From: Octopus bimaculoides
Lineage: Eukaryota
Direction of reading: 5' to 3'
Assembly (NCBI RefSeq): GCF_001194135.2
Contig: NC_068983.1
Coordinates: forward strand, 6,527,061-6,581,137
Length of the DNA: 54,077 nucleotides
Positions 35,048 to 48,199 of the stretch are shown piece by piece; the stretch's first letter is position 1; every line of letters starts with the position of its first letter. A model generated the notes under the pieces. It searched no databases. It was not told the origin of the DNA and saw only the letters and a program-made list of their open reading frames with translations. A program made the position numbers and the translations under genes.

Positions 35048-35950
35048 TTTCAAATTTTGCCACAAGGGCTGCTATTTTGAGGAGGAGATGAATCGATTAC
35101 ATCGACCCCAGTCTTTCTCTGGTACTTAATTTATTGACCCCGAAATGATGAAAGGCAAATTCGACTTCGGCGGAATTTGAACTCAAAACGTAGGAACGGG
35201 CGAAATACTGCTAAGTATTTTGCCCGGCGTGCTAACAATTCTGCCAGCAATAATAATAATAATGATGATATTGATGATGATAATAATAATAACAATAATA
35301 ATAATAATAATAATAATAATCCTTTCTACTGCAGGCACAAGGCCTGAAGGTTTGGGTGAGGGGACTAGTCGACTACATCGACTCCTGTACTTGACGGGTA
35401 CTTAATTTATCGACCCCGAAAGGATGAAAAGCGAAGTCGACTTCGGCGGAATTTGAACTCAGAACATAACAACGGACGAAATGTTGCTAAGCATTCTGTC
35501 CGGCATGCTAACGATTTTGCTAACTCGCCGCCTTAAATGGCTTCACATCTTGGTTCAGGGCCAGGGGTTTTTGAAGAGTAGGGGAAGTCGATAAAATCAA
35601 CGCCAGTACTCAACCGATACTTATTTTATCGACCCTGAAAGGATGAAAAGCAAAGTCGAATTGGTGGAATTTGAACTCAAAATGCATTTTGTGCAGCGTG
35701 GTAGCAATTCTGCCTGCTCGCCACCTTAATAATAATAATCCTTTCTACAATAGGCGCAAGGCCTGACATTTTGGGTGGGGGGGGAGTTGACCATTCGATT
35801 AAATCAACCCCTGTACTTGACTGCTTCTATCGACTCCGAAAGGATGAGAGGCGATGTCGATCTCGGTGGAATTTGAACTCAGAACATAAGGCCGTAAGAA
35901 ATGCCGGTAGGCATTTTGTCTGGCTTGTTAATGATTGTGCCAATCATTGT
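35048..35950 (-). mobile_element. Cluster of four same-orientation SINE family A copies separated by (AAT)n tracts
   Basis: Four occurrences of GGAATTTGAACTC at about 35172, 35448, 35666 and 35868. Confidence 0.9.
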
Positions 35951-36375
35951 TCCTGATTTTGGCAGAAGTACAGCAATTCTTGAGTTGCTGTAGTAGCAGC
36001 CGATAAAAATTCAAGATGCATTTCTCCCTCGTTGAACGTTGTTAATGGCATGTACTCACAACTAACCGCATGCTAAAACGAAATTTGTCTCCACTGATAG
36101 AGGAAAAGAGGACTCGTTCGTGCTGTTAAACCAGATGGTAAATTAATTCTGTCAGTCAAAGTTAATTTCGTTCAGGTCCATGAGCTTCAGAACAGATTTT
36201 CTCCAGAGTTTCACTTACAAAGTTTTAGTCGACTGTTTGCAGTAATGCTGTCCTAAACTTTGTCACTTTGGTATCGTTTCAAATGGATGAAATATTCGAG
36301 CGCGATAGATGGAACCAGTTTAATCTACGATTTTCCGAAACTTTTCTGCTGGTTAAATGATGGTCATCCCTGTAT

Positions 36376-36412
<37 letters not shown>

Positions 36413-37119
36413 TAATCAGAATTATACTAAAACACAGAAGACAGACAGGTGAAGGAACAGCAACGTGAATAAATTTAACACTCAGGAAAAATGGAATATC
36501 TTTAACGCTTCGAGCTTACGATCTTCTACAAAAAGAAATGAGGGAAGCAATGTGTGTGTGTACATACAATACATACACACGAATATTAAAATCTTTATTA
36601 AACTACCTGAACTGTAGAGACGACAGACACACACGCAAGCCAAATAGTAGTGGTATGGAGGCTTTGGTCTTCAGATTTGTCGTATTTATTTAACTCGTTT
36701 GCTCCAGGGCAATCTTCTGCCTTTATTCTTTCTAGGCCGGCTAAACACTTAAACACACATTTTAGTAGCCTATTAGTTAACATTGTCCACTGAACGGGGT
36801 ATTAGTACAGGGAGGAAAAAAGAAAGATCGAAAGAAAGTATGGAAGTAGAGAAAGAATGGAAGAAATATAATAGAAACCAATAAAAAAAAATAGAAGGAA
36901 AAACAGAAGGAAAAAAAGAAAAGGAGAAATGAAAGGAAGGCAAGCCAGGTGGCAAAAAAAAAAAGAATGAAAATGAAATAGTGAAAGAAAGAGAAAAGTA
37001 TGGTAAGCGAGAATAAGATTAAGGTCGAAAAGGGTGCTGGAAAGTAGGCGATGAAGGGCTGACGATTAAGTTGGAACATAGTGTATAGTGAAACATTTCT
37101 GAAAGCAAAGAAACATTTA

Positions 37120-37325
37120 CAGTCATCCCTCATCATATCGTGGTTCACTTATCGCGCAATCAATACATCGCGGATTTTTCTGTCTAATATATGTAAATTT
37201 ATATCGCGGACTCCTCAGTACATTGCTTGATTTAGCGACCGATAGGCATTTATATCTTTTTAGATTTTAATTATTTCTGTGGGAGGTTTTAGAACGTAAC
37301 ACCCGCGATAGTCGAGGGATTACTG
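37120..37325. mobile_element. pogo/Tigger-like MITE with TA TSD
   Basis: TA|CAGTCATCCCTC... and ...GAGGGATTACTG|TA. Internal TATCGCG subrepeats. Confidence 0.75.
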
Positions 37326-39386
37326 TATTGGAATTTCAGTGAAATTAGAAAAACGTAATTTGAAACATAAGAGCAGTAGCCAAGGGAGATAATCTTAAAC
37401 TTAAAATCTGAACTATTTACGAAATTATATGCAGTGGATTGGTTTTATCGTTCATGTCTTTTCCTGTCGAATTCTAACAACATATTCATAGTATCAGAGC
37501 TGTTACATTGTAATTGTTTTACATTTGATGTTTCCTTTCTTTCTCTTTCTTTCTTTCTTTCTTTCTTTTTATAATTCACGTCTTTGTTGAGTCACTACTG
37601 GAGACTTCGCCGTCGTATACGAATGTATCTAGATACTATCAATTTTATTAGGCTCCATTTCTCTCCATGCCAAACCTGCAGGAAAAGGTTAAGCTGCAAA
37701 TAAGACAATCCTATATGTAATCTGGAGTGTTACAGTGAATCAGCGTGGGAAGTTTCTAATGTAGTCATTCAACCTGCTAGAAATAGATATGAAATTCATT
37801 CAACTCGTACTCTACTGTTCTAAACAGAGAGGAAAGTATTGCATGCAGTTCATCTGGGTGAGCTAGTCTTTCGCACGTCAACCCCCATTCGACTTCCTGG
37901 CGATCATCGACCCCCTTTAATTCCTCCCCGACCCCTGTGAGGTCCCTCAGACATCCTCTGGCGACCCCTGATCTAATCCATACTGTAGTTTTCTTGTGTG
38001 GGTCTGAAGGAATACTCATAGCACAAGTGATTGTGACGGTGCAATAGGACAAAAAAAAAATCTTCCACTCTAAAAGAAGATGGATAAAGTCTATAGGACC
38101 TCAAAAGCATGAAAGATCCAATAATTTAAAATTTTTGCATACTTTTTCAAGATCAATGGTTTTCCACGGTGCCAAAAACTAAAGAAAAATCATTTTATTG
38201 CCTTTACGTAGAGATGTATCTAAGATGTTAGAACTTATTAACATGCGATAGATTATATTTAAAAAGAACCATATATGTGTTCCGTGGTTTGTGTCCATCT
38301 GTCCATTCCTCTTTGGCATGTTCTACTGACGAAGCCGGTCTTTAAGTTGGTTTGCGATCACACAAATACAATCAAAGCTATTTCCGTTAAAAGCTCATTT
38401 GATGCTGGTTTTAAATATGACAGATTCTTCCAGATACTTTCCATTGATTGCGCATAGAATTTGAGAAGAAAATTGCATTCTAATGTTTTGTTAGCCGTGC
38501 TCTGATAATTTAAATGTTTGGTTATATTTTTATCATAATTCATGGATTTTACAATATTGGTGAAGTTCGTAAATGTAGAATAGCTTATTAAAAATTTCCT
38601 AGCACTTGTGTCTAGGTGGAAAAGTCTATACGCTTACATGAAAAATGTTTTCCCGTTGGTGTTATTACATTTCTAGAAAACGGAAGATTATACCACGTGG
38701 CTTTTTTTTAACTTCAATCCCATCTATTACGGTGTGTTTACGTTCATATTTAGTTAATGTTTTCTTTGAAACCACCGAATGCCGGTGCTTTGCTATACAT
38801 TCCTGCTACAGTATTGAATGATATTTCATCATACGAGATGGTTGATATTTGCTTGCTTGAGAAATTTGATAAATTTCTAAGCAGGCATTGCGGATGATTT
38901 GAATTTTTATCAACGTATAATAATGAATCATTAATTTTGATCGTCAGTTGAAATATTTAAAATTGGGTGCGTAGACAGGCAGATAGATAGATAGATATAG
39001 ATAGATATTCTGTCCTGTTTAAGTGTAATAGTAGAGAGCGGGAAGATAGAAAATAGAGAAGCAGCTTCAAGGAGGATAGGGTGAATGAAAAGTATAGCTG
39101 TGGTAAATGAAATACAGTGAAAAATTGACAAGAGTATATACGAAAGAGAGGAAGGAGAGAGAGATGGAAGAGAGGGATAAGAGTGAAAAAGGAAACAATG
39201 AGGGGAAGACCTTATGATCGTGGACCCAACTCCCTAACCAACTGGGCCACACACCTTCACACACGCACACATATGTATGTATAATTTATCATTTACATAT
39301 GTATCTGAGTGTGTGTGTGTACACTATGTATATGATATACGTATGATATATATACTCTTAAGATATATATATATATGTGGGAGAGG

Positions 39387-39438
<52 letters not shown>

Positions 39439-39582
39439 TGAAAACAACTATTTTTTACCTCAGAAATATTTTGAAACAAGTTGAGAATGATTCTCGTCTA
39501 AATTCTGTCATTATTCTTTCAACGTGTCTTGGGTTAGTAATAGAAATTTGTGATTGTATGCGTGTATACATATATATATATA

Positions 39583-39686
<104 letters not shown>

Positions 39687-40261
39687 CGATAATATATCGC
39701 CTAAATTGTGATATATACATACGTATGTGTATGAATTATGTATGCACGTATGTGAATTTATATATATATATATATACATAGATATTTTTCATATATATGT
39801 ATATATGATTGACATACATACATACACACATAGGCACTAGTGCGGCCGTCTTTGAAAGTAGGGCCTTATCCATATGCATACGAGTTGGATATATGCAAAT
39901 TCATACGCATAGATGTGCGTGCGTGTGGGAGAGCGTCCGTGCGTTGTAATTGCTGTTGTTATTGTTGGTGTTTTTTAGAGGAAATTAAAGCTGTTAAAAA
40001 AAGGTCAAACGGCGAATAAATTTCAGTTAATATTCACAACTAATACTGAAGAAAAATAGTTTCCTTTTCAATAACTTGAAAGTTTTTGTCATTGTTTTAT
40101 TTGTTTTGCTGTTACTGCTTGTATTTTTGTATTTTATTTTTGTAGCTTATTATCTCCCCGACTGCAGAATGCGCGCGCATATAGTTCCCTATGAATGTAG
40201 ATAGTTAGATGTACGCACAAACGCATACAACATATTTACATACATTTTACATGGTCACACA

Positions 40262-40294
<33 letters not shown>

Positions 40295-40357
40295 CTGCGC
40301 ACACACTCACACATTCACGCAGACACAATTACATGATACACACAAGCACTCTCTCTC

Positions 40358-40389
<32 letters not shown>

Positions 40390-40393
40390 CTTA

Positions 40394-40950
40394 CGCACAG
40401 GCTTGGCTTGGTAGTTAAGAAACTCGCTTTGTATTACATGATTTCGGGTTCAGTCCCACTGCGCGGTACCTTGGGCAAATGTCTTGTACTATAGCCAACC
40501 AATACTTTGCGAGTGAATTTGTTTCACGAAGACTGTGTAAAAGGCCACTGTGTGGGAGGAGGGGGTTTCTCCTCCACTTGACTTGACAACTGGTGCTGGT
40601 TTGTTTACATCCCCGTAACTTATTCTTTCAGCAAAAAAAAAAAAGAAAGAAAAAAACAGACCGGTAGAGTATGTGCCAAACGCAAAAAAATGATAGATAA
40701 AAGATTAGTACTGATGTCGATTTGTTGGATTACTCTCTTCATTGTGGTGCCCTGATGGCGACCAGCAATAAAATCACGGGGAAAACACGTCACAGTAATA
40801 AAGTCACAATTTTGGCTAGGAAAAAACGTCACAATGACAAAGTCACAATTTACGGTATCCGGACAACCCCTCGACAAAACCCCTGTGATTTTTTTACCTG
40901 GATTCGCCCTGATTTGGCAGCAGTCCAATGACTGAAACGAGAAAAGCGAA
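40394..40950 (+). mobile_element. SINE family B, diverged, with a MITE inserted in its tail
   Basis: Head at about 40394. The tail GTGGTGCCC ... TGGCAGCAGTCCAATGACTGAAAC is split by the insertion. Confidence 0.75.
40757..40908. mobile_element. 152-bp GG...CC MITE with internal ~36-bp direct subrepeats
   Basis: Left GGCGACCAGCAATAAAATCACGGGG vs right (reverse complement) GGCGAATCCAGGTAAAAAAATCACAGGGG. CTGAT is duplicated on both sides (GCCCTGAT if the boundary is shifted by 3 nt). Confidence 0.65.
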
Positions 40951-41243
40951 AAGAAGCAGCTATTGTATGTATATACTGCTTGTACATGTGTCCATACGTT
41001 CATGCATGCATGGGTAGATAGATAGATAGATAGATGGGTAGATAGACTGCTTCAAAATCATCTTTCTACAAGTTTTCAAGTGTTCCATTTTCAAAACTCT
41101 ACTTGTTGTTGATGTTGTCTTCATTTGAGACGTTCTATGACGTGTCATCGCAGTTGCTGTTTGGCCCCAAGTCAACCTAAATCCTGTTGATCTACTATCC
41201 GAGGCATTCCAACCGTGATCACACTGTCCTTGATTTCTTTATA

Positions 41244-41940
41244 TACGACACGGGGTACCCAAAACTAACAGGAAACTTTCTCTGTGGGACAAACTCGTTG
41301 TAATTCAGGCTTCCACCGCTAGAACCCACTTGATGCGACCCTCAGGCATTAGTCTGTCGACCGGCGTTGTCTAGAGGTGTCGTACTGCTACGTGGTGCGC
41401 CTTTCTTTTGCAGTGCTTCCCTGTTCGTCGATTTTTGCGATGGCTGAAACGAAGGAACAGCGTAGCGTACCTCCATGAAGTTCTGTTTTCTGCCGCGGAA
41501 AACTGCGGCCGAAACAGTTGTCATGCTTCAAATAGCTTACAGGGACGCTACCGTGAGCAAAACACAAGTTTACGAGTGGTTTTCACGCTCTAGGAATGAT
41601 CACTTGTCACTTGAAGGCTAACTTCGTTCAGAGCGACCGTCGACCTCCCGAACGAATAAAAACATCATGAAAAGTCATGAACTGATCTAGGAGGATCGTC
41701 ACCGAGCAATTGACGAATTTGTTGATATGATTGGTGTGTTCTGGAGCTCCTGTCAACGAATTTTGAGCGAGGAACTGCGAATGAAAAGAATTCCAGCAAA
41801 ATTTGTGCCTCGTTTGCTCACGGATCATCAAAAGCGGTCACGACTGAATGCGTGTCATGAGCTGAAAGAACAGTTGGAAGTTGATCCGAAGCTTTTTTTT
41901 GAAGGTCATCCCTGGTGACGAAAGCTGGTGCTACGGAATT
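41244..41940 (+). pseudogene. mariner transposon 5' half (decayed transposase), cut off near a gap
   Basis: ATG at 41440: MAETKEQR..KFCF..KTAAETVVML..YEWFSR..ERPSTS..LRMKRIPAKFVPRLLT..LKVIPGDESWCYG. Shows the HTH region, the WVPHEL-like motif and the first catalytic Asp, with stops and frameshifts. Confidence 0.9.
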
Positions 41941-42744
41941 TGCAGATGCGGAAGACGTGNNNNNNNNNNNNNNNNNNNNNNNNNNNNNNNNNNNNNNNNN
42001 NNNNNNNNNNNNNNNNNNNNNNNNNNNNNNNNNNNNNNNNNNNNNNNNNNNNNNNNNNNNNNNNNNNNNNNNNNNNNNNNNNNNNNNNNNNNNNNNNNNN
42101 NNNNNNNNNNNNNNNNNNNNNNNNNNNNNNNNNNNNNNNNNNNNNNNNNNNNNNNNNNNNNNNNNNNNNNNNNNNNNNNNNNNNNNNNNNNNNNNNNNNN
42201 NNNNNNNNNNNNNNNNNNNNNNNNNNNNNNNNNNNNNNNNNNNNNNNNNNNNNNNNNNNNNNNNNNNNNNNNNNNNNNNNNNNNNNNNNNNNNNNNNNNN
42301 NNNNNNNNNNNNNNNNNNNNNNNGGTGGTGGTAATGGTGGTAGTAGTAGTAGTGGTAGTGGTAGTGGTGGTGGTAATGGTAGTAGTGGTGGTGGTGGTGG
42401 TAATGGTAGTAGTGGTGGTGGTGGTGGTAATGGTAGTAGTGGTGGTGGTGGTGAGGACGTTAGAAGTAGTTGTTTCGTTGTTCTTTTGAAACTTATTGAG
42501 TTATTTTCTGTTTGTTAGTTTTGGTTCCGTTCCTTGTAACTTTCCTGGTCGCTGTCATCGTCGTCGTCGCCATCTTTGTTGTTTCGGATGGCGTTTGCCG
42601 TTGCAGTCGCCGTTGTTTGTTTGTGTTCTGTTTTGATCTCTTCTCGAAGTTATTTCACTTCTTATCTTTATTGTAACATTATTTTCATACATATATTTCA
42701 AGAGAGTTAATAATGTAGCTTATTTCGATTAAATTTCATTCAAC

Positions 42745-42803
42745 ATGTCAGGTGTGTATGGGTGTGTGTGTGTAAAAAATATATGTATAGCTTTGTATGC
42801 AAC

Positions 42804-42835
<32 letters not shown>

Positions 42836-42871
42836 CCTGGTCTCCTCTCTCTCTCCATACACACACACATG

Positions 42872-42906
<35 letters not shown>

Positions 42907-43080
42907 CTCCATTATATATGTTTGCATATACACACTTCTGGTCTCTTCTTTCTTTCCATACACACACACACATGTAATATTTACTATATATATATATATA
43001 AATATATCCAGTATATATGTATGTATATACACACACTTGGTCTCCTCTTTCTATCCATACACATACACACATGTAATATT

Positions 43081-43114
<34 letters not shown>

Positions 43115-43130
43115 AATATGTAAGTATCTA
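42745..43130. repeat. Three ~100-bp tandem units built from microsatellite pieces
   Basis: ACACAC(T)..TGGTCTC..TCCATACAC..CATGTAATAT recurs at about 42830, 42930 and 43030. Confidence 0.8.
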
Positions 43131-43502
43131 TATGTGTATCATGTATGTTTTATGTATGATAAAACTGTGTAAGCAGATAGATAGATAGATAGATAGATAG
43201 TTTTTCAGCTGATCTATCTATCTATCTCTCAATCGGACTTAAGTGCAGTGCGAAAATTAAATGCATAAATGCATTTATCTATTTGTGACAATCGGAAATT
43301 GCAAACTGAAGAGAGATAGACTAAATACGTTAAATTTCCTATTTTAAGGCTGTAGAAACATGTTATCTTATTGGCAGCATCAGTTATGTTTAGCGATATA
43401 TTTTCAACAAACACCCCCAGCTTCTTCTGCTTGTAGTTACATCACCAAATAGAACTGAACGCTTGAAGAGATACGGAAATATGCATATATGTATATGTGC
43501 AT

Positions 43503-43538
<36 letters not shown>

Positions 43539-43642
43539 TGCGTGTGAATTCTTCTATAAGGATATATGCGTGTGTGTGTGTAAACATTTGTAAACGTACA
43601 CACATTTGCAAACGCTACTCTATGCATGTATACGTCTATATA

Positions 43643-43711
<69 letters not shown>

Positions 43712-44114
43712 TTGTGGGTGAGGAGGAAGTAAAAAAATCTAGTTATATAAATTTCTCTGCATGCATGCAAATGAGAAGGAAGAAAAGAGTGAGAAAGTTA
43801 TCTGTATATATGTAGATTCGAAATACATACGTGTATGTGTGTGTGTGTGTGTGATAGAGAGAGAGAGAGAGAGAGGGAGAGAGACAGACAGACAAACAGA
43901 CTGAGAAGGAAAGACAGAGAGAGATTGAATGGCCACTGTGAAGTGGAATAAAGTACTTTTCTGCTCGGGGTTCAAATACAGACTAAACTCAATTTAGTAC
44001 AGTTTCAGGTGCCTTATGGTACTTGGTGTTACGCAATTTTATGTAATATATAGTATAACATACACATAATACGTGTAATTTAGATGGCACCTATATATAT
44101 ATACACACACACAC

Positions 44115-44400
44115 ATCTTTTACTTGTTTCAGTCAAGTACTTGTTCTATAGAAGCGCTAAGTTGCAGGGACGTTATCAAAACAACACCGGTTGTCAAACG
44201 CTGGGTAGGGCGACAAACACACACACACACTCACAAACACGCGCGCGCGCGCGTGCAACGAACGTCCACGCATTTTCCGTCGATTAAATTCATTTACAAG
44301 GCTATGATGGAAGATACTTGTTCAATGTGCCGTGCAGTGGAACCGAACTCGAAACCGCTCGTTGCAAAGCGAACTTCCTAACCCCCACAACCACACCAGC
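44115..44400 (-). mobile_element. SINE family B, diverged
   Basis: TTACTTGTTTCAGTC tail (reverse complement), CAAGGCTATGATGGAAGATACTTG and GGAACCGAACTC. Confidence 0.7.
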
Positions 44401-44456
44401 GCCTCTCTATACACAAACCGTAAATCATATTACATATCTAAAATATATCTAATATG

Positions 44457-45715
44457 TACTATCGGGTAGTCAGATAAATTACTTTGTCTTTTTGTTTTCA
44501 TTTATTTTAATCATAATTCTTCCAAATCGGTCAATAATATATTTTCCTTCGTTGTCCTCGGCCTCTTGCCAACGTTTCATTAGCTTGTAAATGCCTTGAC
44601 GGTAGAAATCACCGGCTCTCGACTAGATGAATTCAGCGTACCATGTTTTCAGTACCACGTCGTTCTTGAACAAAACTCCTCGCATGCTGTTGGAGAGCGA
44701 CCGAAAAAGTGATAATCCGAGGGTAATTATTCAAGAGGATACAGTGGATGCCGTAGAACTTCTCAACCAAACCCCTGAATCACATTTTTGGTCAAATTAG
44801 TGAAGTTGGAGCGAGCGTTGTCGTGTTGAGGAAATACGCCGTGTCGCCAGTCGGGTCAATTGCTTCGTTGTTGTGTCGGTGCATTTGCTGAACGTAAAAC
44901 TCTGCGTTGACCGTATGGTTGTGTTCAATCATTTCGTAGTGGATTGGATCTTCCTAATTCCACCAAACACAGGTCATTGTCTTGCGTCAATGCAGCTCTG
45001 GCTTGGCTCGTGGTGTTGTTTGTTTGTTGGGACTCGGCCATTCTTTCCTCTGCTTCATATTGACGTAAAAACACCAGTTTTTATCACTTGTGACGATATC
45101 GTAAAGAATTTTTTTTTTTTTTTTGTGTCCACAAGTAGTCTGGTCTCGAGCGAACAAACTGCCAACGATAGAGGAGCGCTGGAGTTAGTCTTTTTCGATC
45201 AAAGTGTGTAGCCCCCATACACCGAATTTTCAGACTTTAGCCTTCGAGTGAAAGTGACAGACGACAACACAATGACAACATCACGTCTGCTGGATCAAAG
45301 CTTCAGTAGATTCGCGTGGACCCTGGTTGATGAGCTCGTTCAATCGATCCCCATTGAATTGAACCGGTCAGCCGGAACGTGGTGAGTCTGTAAGGTCGAA
45401 TTTCTCTTCCCAGAAGCGTGAAAAACCATTTCTGTGCAGTTCTTTCAGTTATAGTACCTTATCCGTACACAGTACAAATGTCTCGAGCGAATTTGGAAGC
45501 TTTGGAACTGTGATTAAAAGCGAAGAGAAGTAAGAGTCGAAAATGTTCATTTTTTTTCTTCCTGTGACTACATCGTCATACGACTGAAAACGATAAACGA
45601 AAGTCTAGAAGAGTAGAGAGCTCTAAAAAGAATCATGAAATACTACGATAATAAAGTTCTTCATTTTAATTCAAATAACATTGGAAAGAAACGAACGAGT
45701 TTATCAAACCCAGTA
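44457..45715 (-). pseudogene. Near full-length (~1.26 kb) decayed mariner (D,D34D) transposon
   Basis: Minus strand: EHFRLLLLFAFN..ARDICTVYG..ERTAQKWFSRF..PRSG..VTSDKNWCFYVN..HDNAR..HPLY..PSDYH..YIID. There are exactly 34 codons between the 2nd and 3rd Asp. Degenerate TIRs with TA at both ends, and many stops. Confidence 0.92.
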
Positions 45716-45824
45716 TATATGCATTATATAATATATATGATATAATATGTATTATGTGTATAGATATAATACGTGTGTGATATTTAATTTATATGCATAA
45801 TATAGGATCAACGTTAGTTTCATG

Positions 45825-46566
45825 TTTTGGCACAAGGCCAGTAATTTCGAGGGAGAGGGTAAAACGAGGATCTTTTTTAAAACGGGGGCCACATTTTTCA
45901 TTAATGTTTTACGTATTGTTTTTGGTACCGAAAGACTTTCAAACTTCGTATACTTAGCTATTTTGTGTTATAGAACAGAAAAATATTTTTGTATTCGAAT
46001 TTATTTCATGTAAAAAATTGTCTTATTTCGATAATTTCAACCAATCACTGACAAGTATTCAGTTGTTTATATTTACTCCTTTGGCTGATTAAGCTATAGC
46101 TTCGTTTTATTTGCTTTTTTTCTTTTTAAAATTGCTGTTTTACCCTAACCCTATCACCGATAGAATTGTTTCAGAATCGTTTGTTTATGTAGTCCGCACT
46201 TAATGTATATCGGCTGAATAGACGTCAGTGATTGGTTGAAATTACAGAAATACGACAACTTTAACATGGAATAATTTATGGATTTCTTTTTTTTTTAAGA
46301 AGACTAAGAGAAAAAGATGTTTTATATGACACATTCTACCAGTGTTCCAAGTTTCAAAGTGTTTCGTTAATGAAAAATGTGGCCCCCGTTTTAAAAAAGA
46401 TCCTAAAACGATTATATCGACTCCAGTGCTCCACTGGTACTACTAATTTTATCGACCCTAGAAGGATAAAAAGCTAAGTCAACCCCGGCGGCATTTGAAC
46501 TCAGAACGTAAAATCGGACGACTTACAGGTAAATATTTTGCCCAGCGATACGACTCTGCCAGTTCC
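45825..46566 (-). mobile_element. SINE family A split by a GGATC-family MITE
   Basis: The tail lies left of 45868. The core and head resume at 46404. Confidence 0.85.
45868..46403. mobile_element. Complete GGATC-family MITE, 536 bp, 37-bp perfect TIRs, 8-bp TSD (Merlin-like)
   Basis: TIR GGATCTTTTTTAAAACGGGGGCCACATTTTTCATTAA at 45868-45904 and 46367-46403. TAAAACGA is duplicated at 45860-45867 and 46404-46411. Central ACCCTAACCCTA. Confidence 0.92.
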
Positions 46567-46981
46567 TTGCCTTATATAGGATTAATATTTTTTTTTTTAA
46601 GTATTAAGTTGGAATCTGTGTGGAGTGAAGCTAGAAGCACCAAACACGAAAAATATTTTTTGATGACAGGGAATTACAGAATGAACTGCCGTATGTGATT
46701 ATGCAATTACAAAGAGGAGAAACTTCGTGTATTCACCTATAAATACAAACAAATTGTGAGGTGAGTTACTGTGGGTGAGCAGCTTTGAAATTAATATTGA
46801 GACATTCAAATGGCTGTGTAGACTTCATAAGTTTGACATGAAGAAGACGATAGGATTTGCCGTACGAAAAGGACGCACACGATCTTCAAATGTAGGGAGT
46901 TGATAGACATCTCGATCGCAGTCGTAGTTTCTTGTTTGTGAATATCAATAAGAAGACATATTTTGCCAGACTTTCTAACTA

Positions 46982-47172
46982 CCATATTTTATGGCATAAT
47001 GGACGCACGGGCATATCAGACGCACTTCAATATCAGCAAAGTATATTCAAGAAAAGACGGTTTTTAATGCATTACAACAGGCATTGTGGACCCGATTTTG
47101 TATATAGGACCCGAGATGGTTTTTTGAGGCATTTTGGGGTAAAAATAGCGCTTTATACTCTATCAAATATGG
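46982..47172. mobile_element. Decayed Tc2/pogo-like MITE
   Basis: TA|CCATATTTTATGGCATAATGGACGCACGGGCATATCAGACGCAC resembles CCGTA...TAAGACGCAC-type TIRs. The right end is GCGCTTTATACTCTATCAAATATGG. Confidence 0.45.
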
Positions 47173-48199
47173 TGGGTACCATGTGTGCTTGTCCTATCGG
47201 CACAGAATGGTTGATGGCTCAGTGATACAATCATTAAACAGCTGTGTAGTCTCTTAAACATTTTGATGAGATGAAGAAAAGCGATGATATTTAGAAGCAA
47301 GTGGTTTCAAATCAATTAAAAAAGAAACACTAGCAAATTCGAGAAACAATATGGTTTTCTAATAATCCTGAGGCGATAGCCTTTCGGAGCTAATCAACGG
47401 TAGCATTCGTCCTACATTTCTGGACTCCCATGTTAGCTTGGCGATAGCTATTAATACCCAGTACTGCTGCCGTAGTCTCCTTTTAGAGAAATTTAGAAAT
47501 AATAATAACAATATGTGTGTGTAAAGAGAGAGACACATAATTGTATCTTTGTGGAAGGGTTATGCACGCTGTTCAGAGAAAGAAAACTGGGTACTAGAAT
47601 TTCTCTATTGTAAAAAAAAAGAAATAATGAAAATAAAAAATATTGAAAAATATGGAACAGAGAAGAAAGGGCATTTTCGGAGAAGAATCTGATTTATTTT
47701 CGTTGATGGATTACAGCAGAGATTCAAAATGGTTGAAAAGTTTGAAAATTATCCTACAGAATGTTATAAGTTTGGAGGAAGGAAGGAAAATTGAGATATT
47801 TTTCAAAATAATCAGTGAAAGGACTGAAAAATGAGTATAAATACGTGAAAATAATAAATAAAAGAATTGCAATGTAAAAAAGAAAAGAATGAAGAAAAAT
47901 CTGTTGGTTGACGAAAAGAAAAAAATTGAATGACTTATTATATCATAGTCCTTGGGCTTCTTTGTGTTTTTTCTTTATATTTTTTTGTATTTCTTTTGGT
48001 GTTGTTGAGGGTGAGGCTGACATTGCTTGTATAGGGTTGATTATGATAGAGGTGGTGAAGAGAGAGAGATGGGGCGAACTGGAATTAGTTGATGCTGAAG
48101 CGTCGGAACGACAGCAAGAAAAGAAAGATTTATTGGAAGGAAGAGACGAAAACAGACGATATTTTAGGAATATAATGATAGACAGAAAGATACACTATA

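Noticed and set aside
37880-37972. GC-rich patch ending TGGCGACCCCTG, like a hAT terminus
   Set aside because: No matching left TIR or 8-bp TSD could be found.
42324-42455. Gly/Ser/Asn-rich frame (GGGNGSS repeats)
   Set aside because: A 24-bp higher-order (GGT/AGT) repeat next to a gap, with a stop shortly after.
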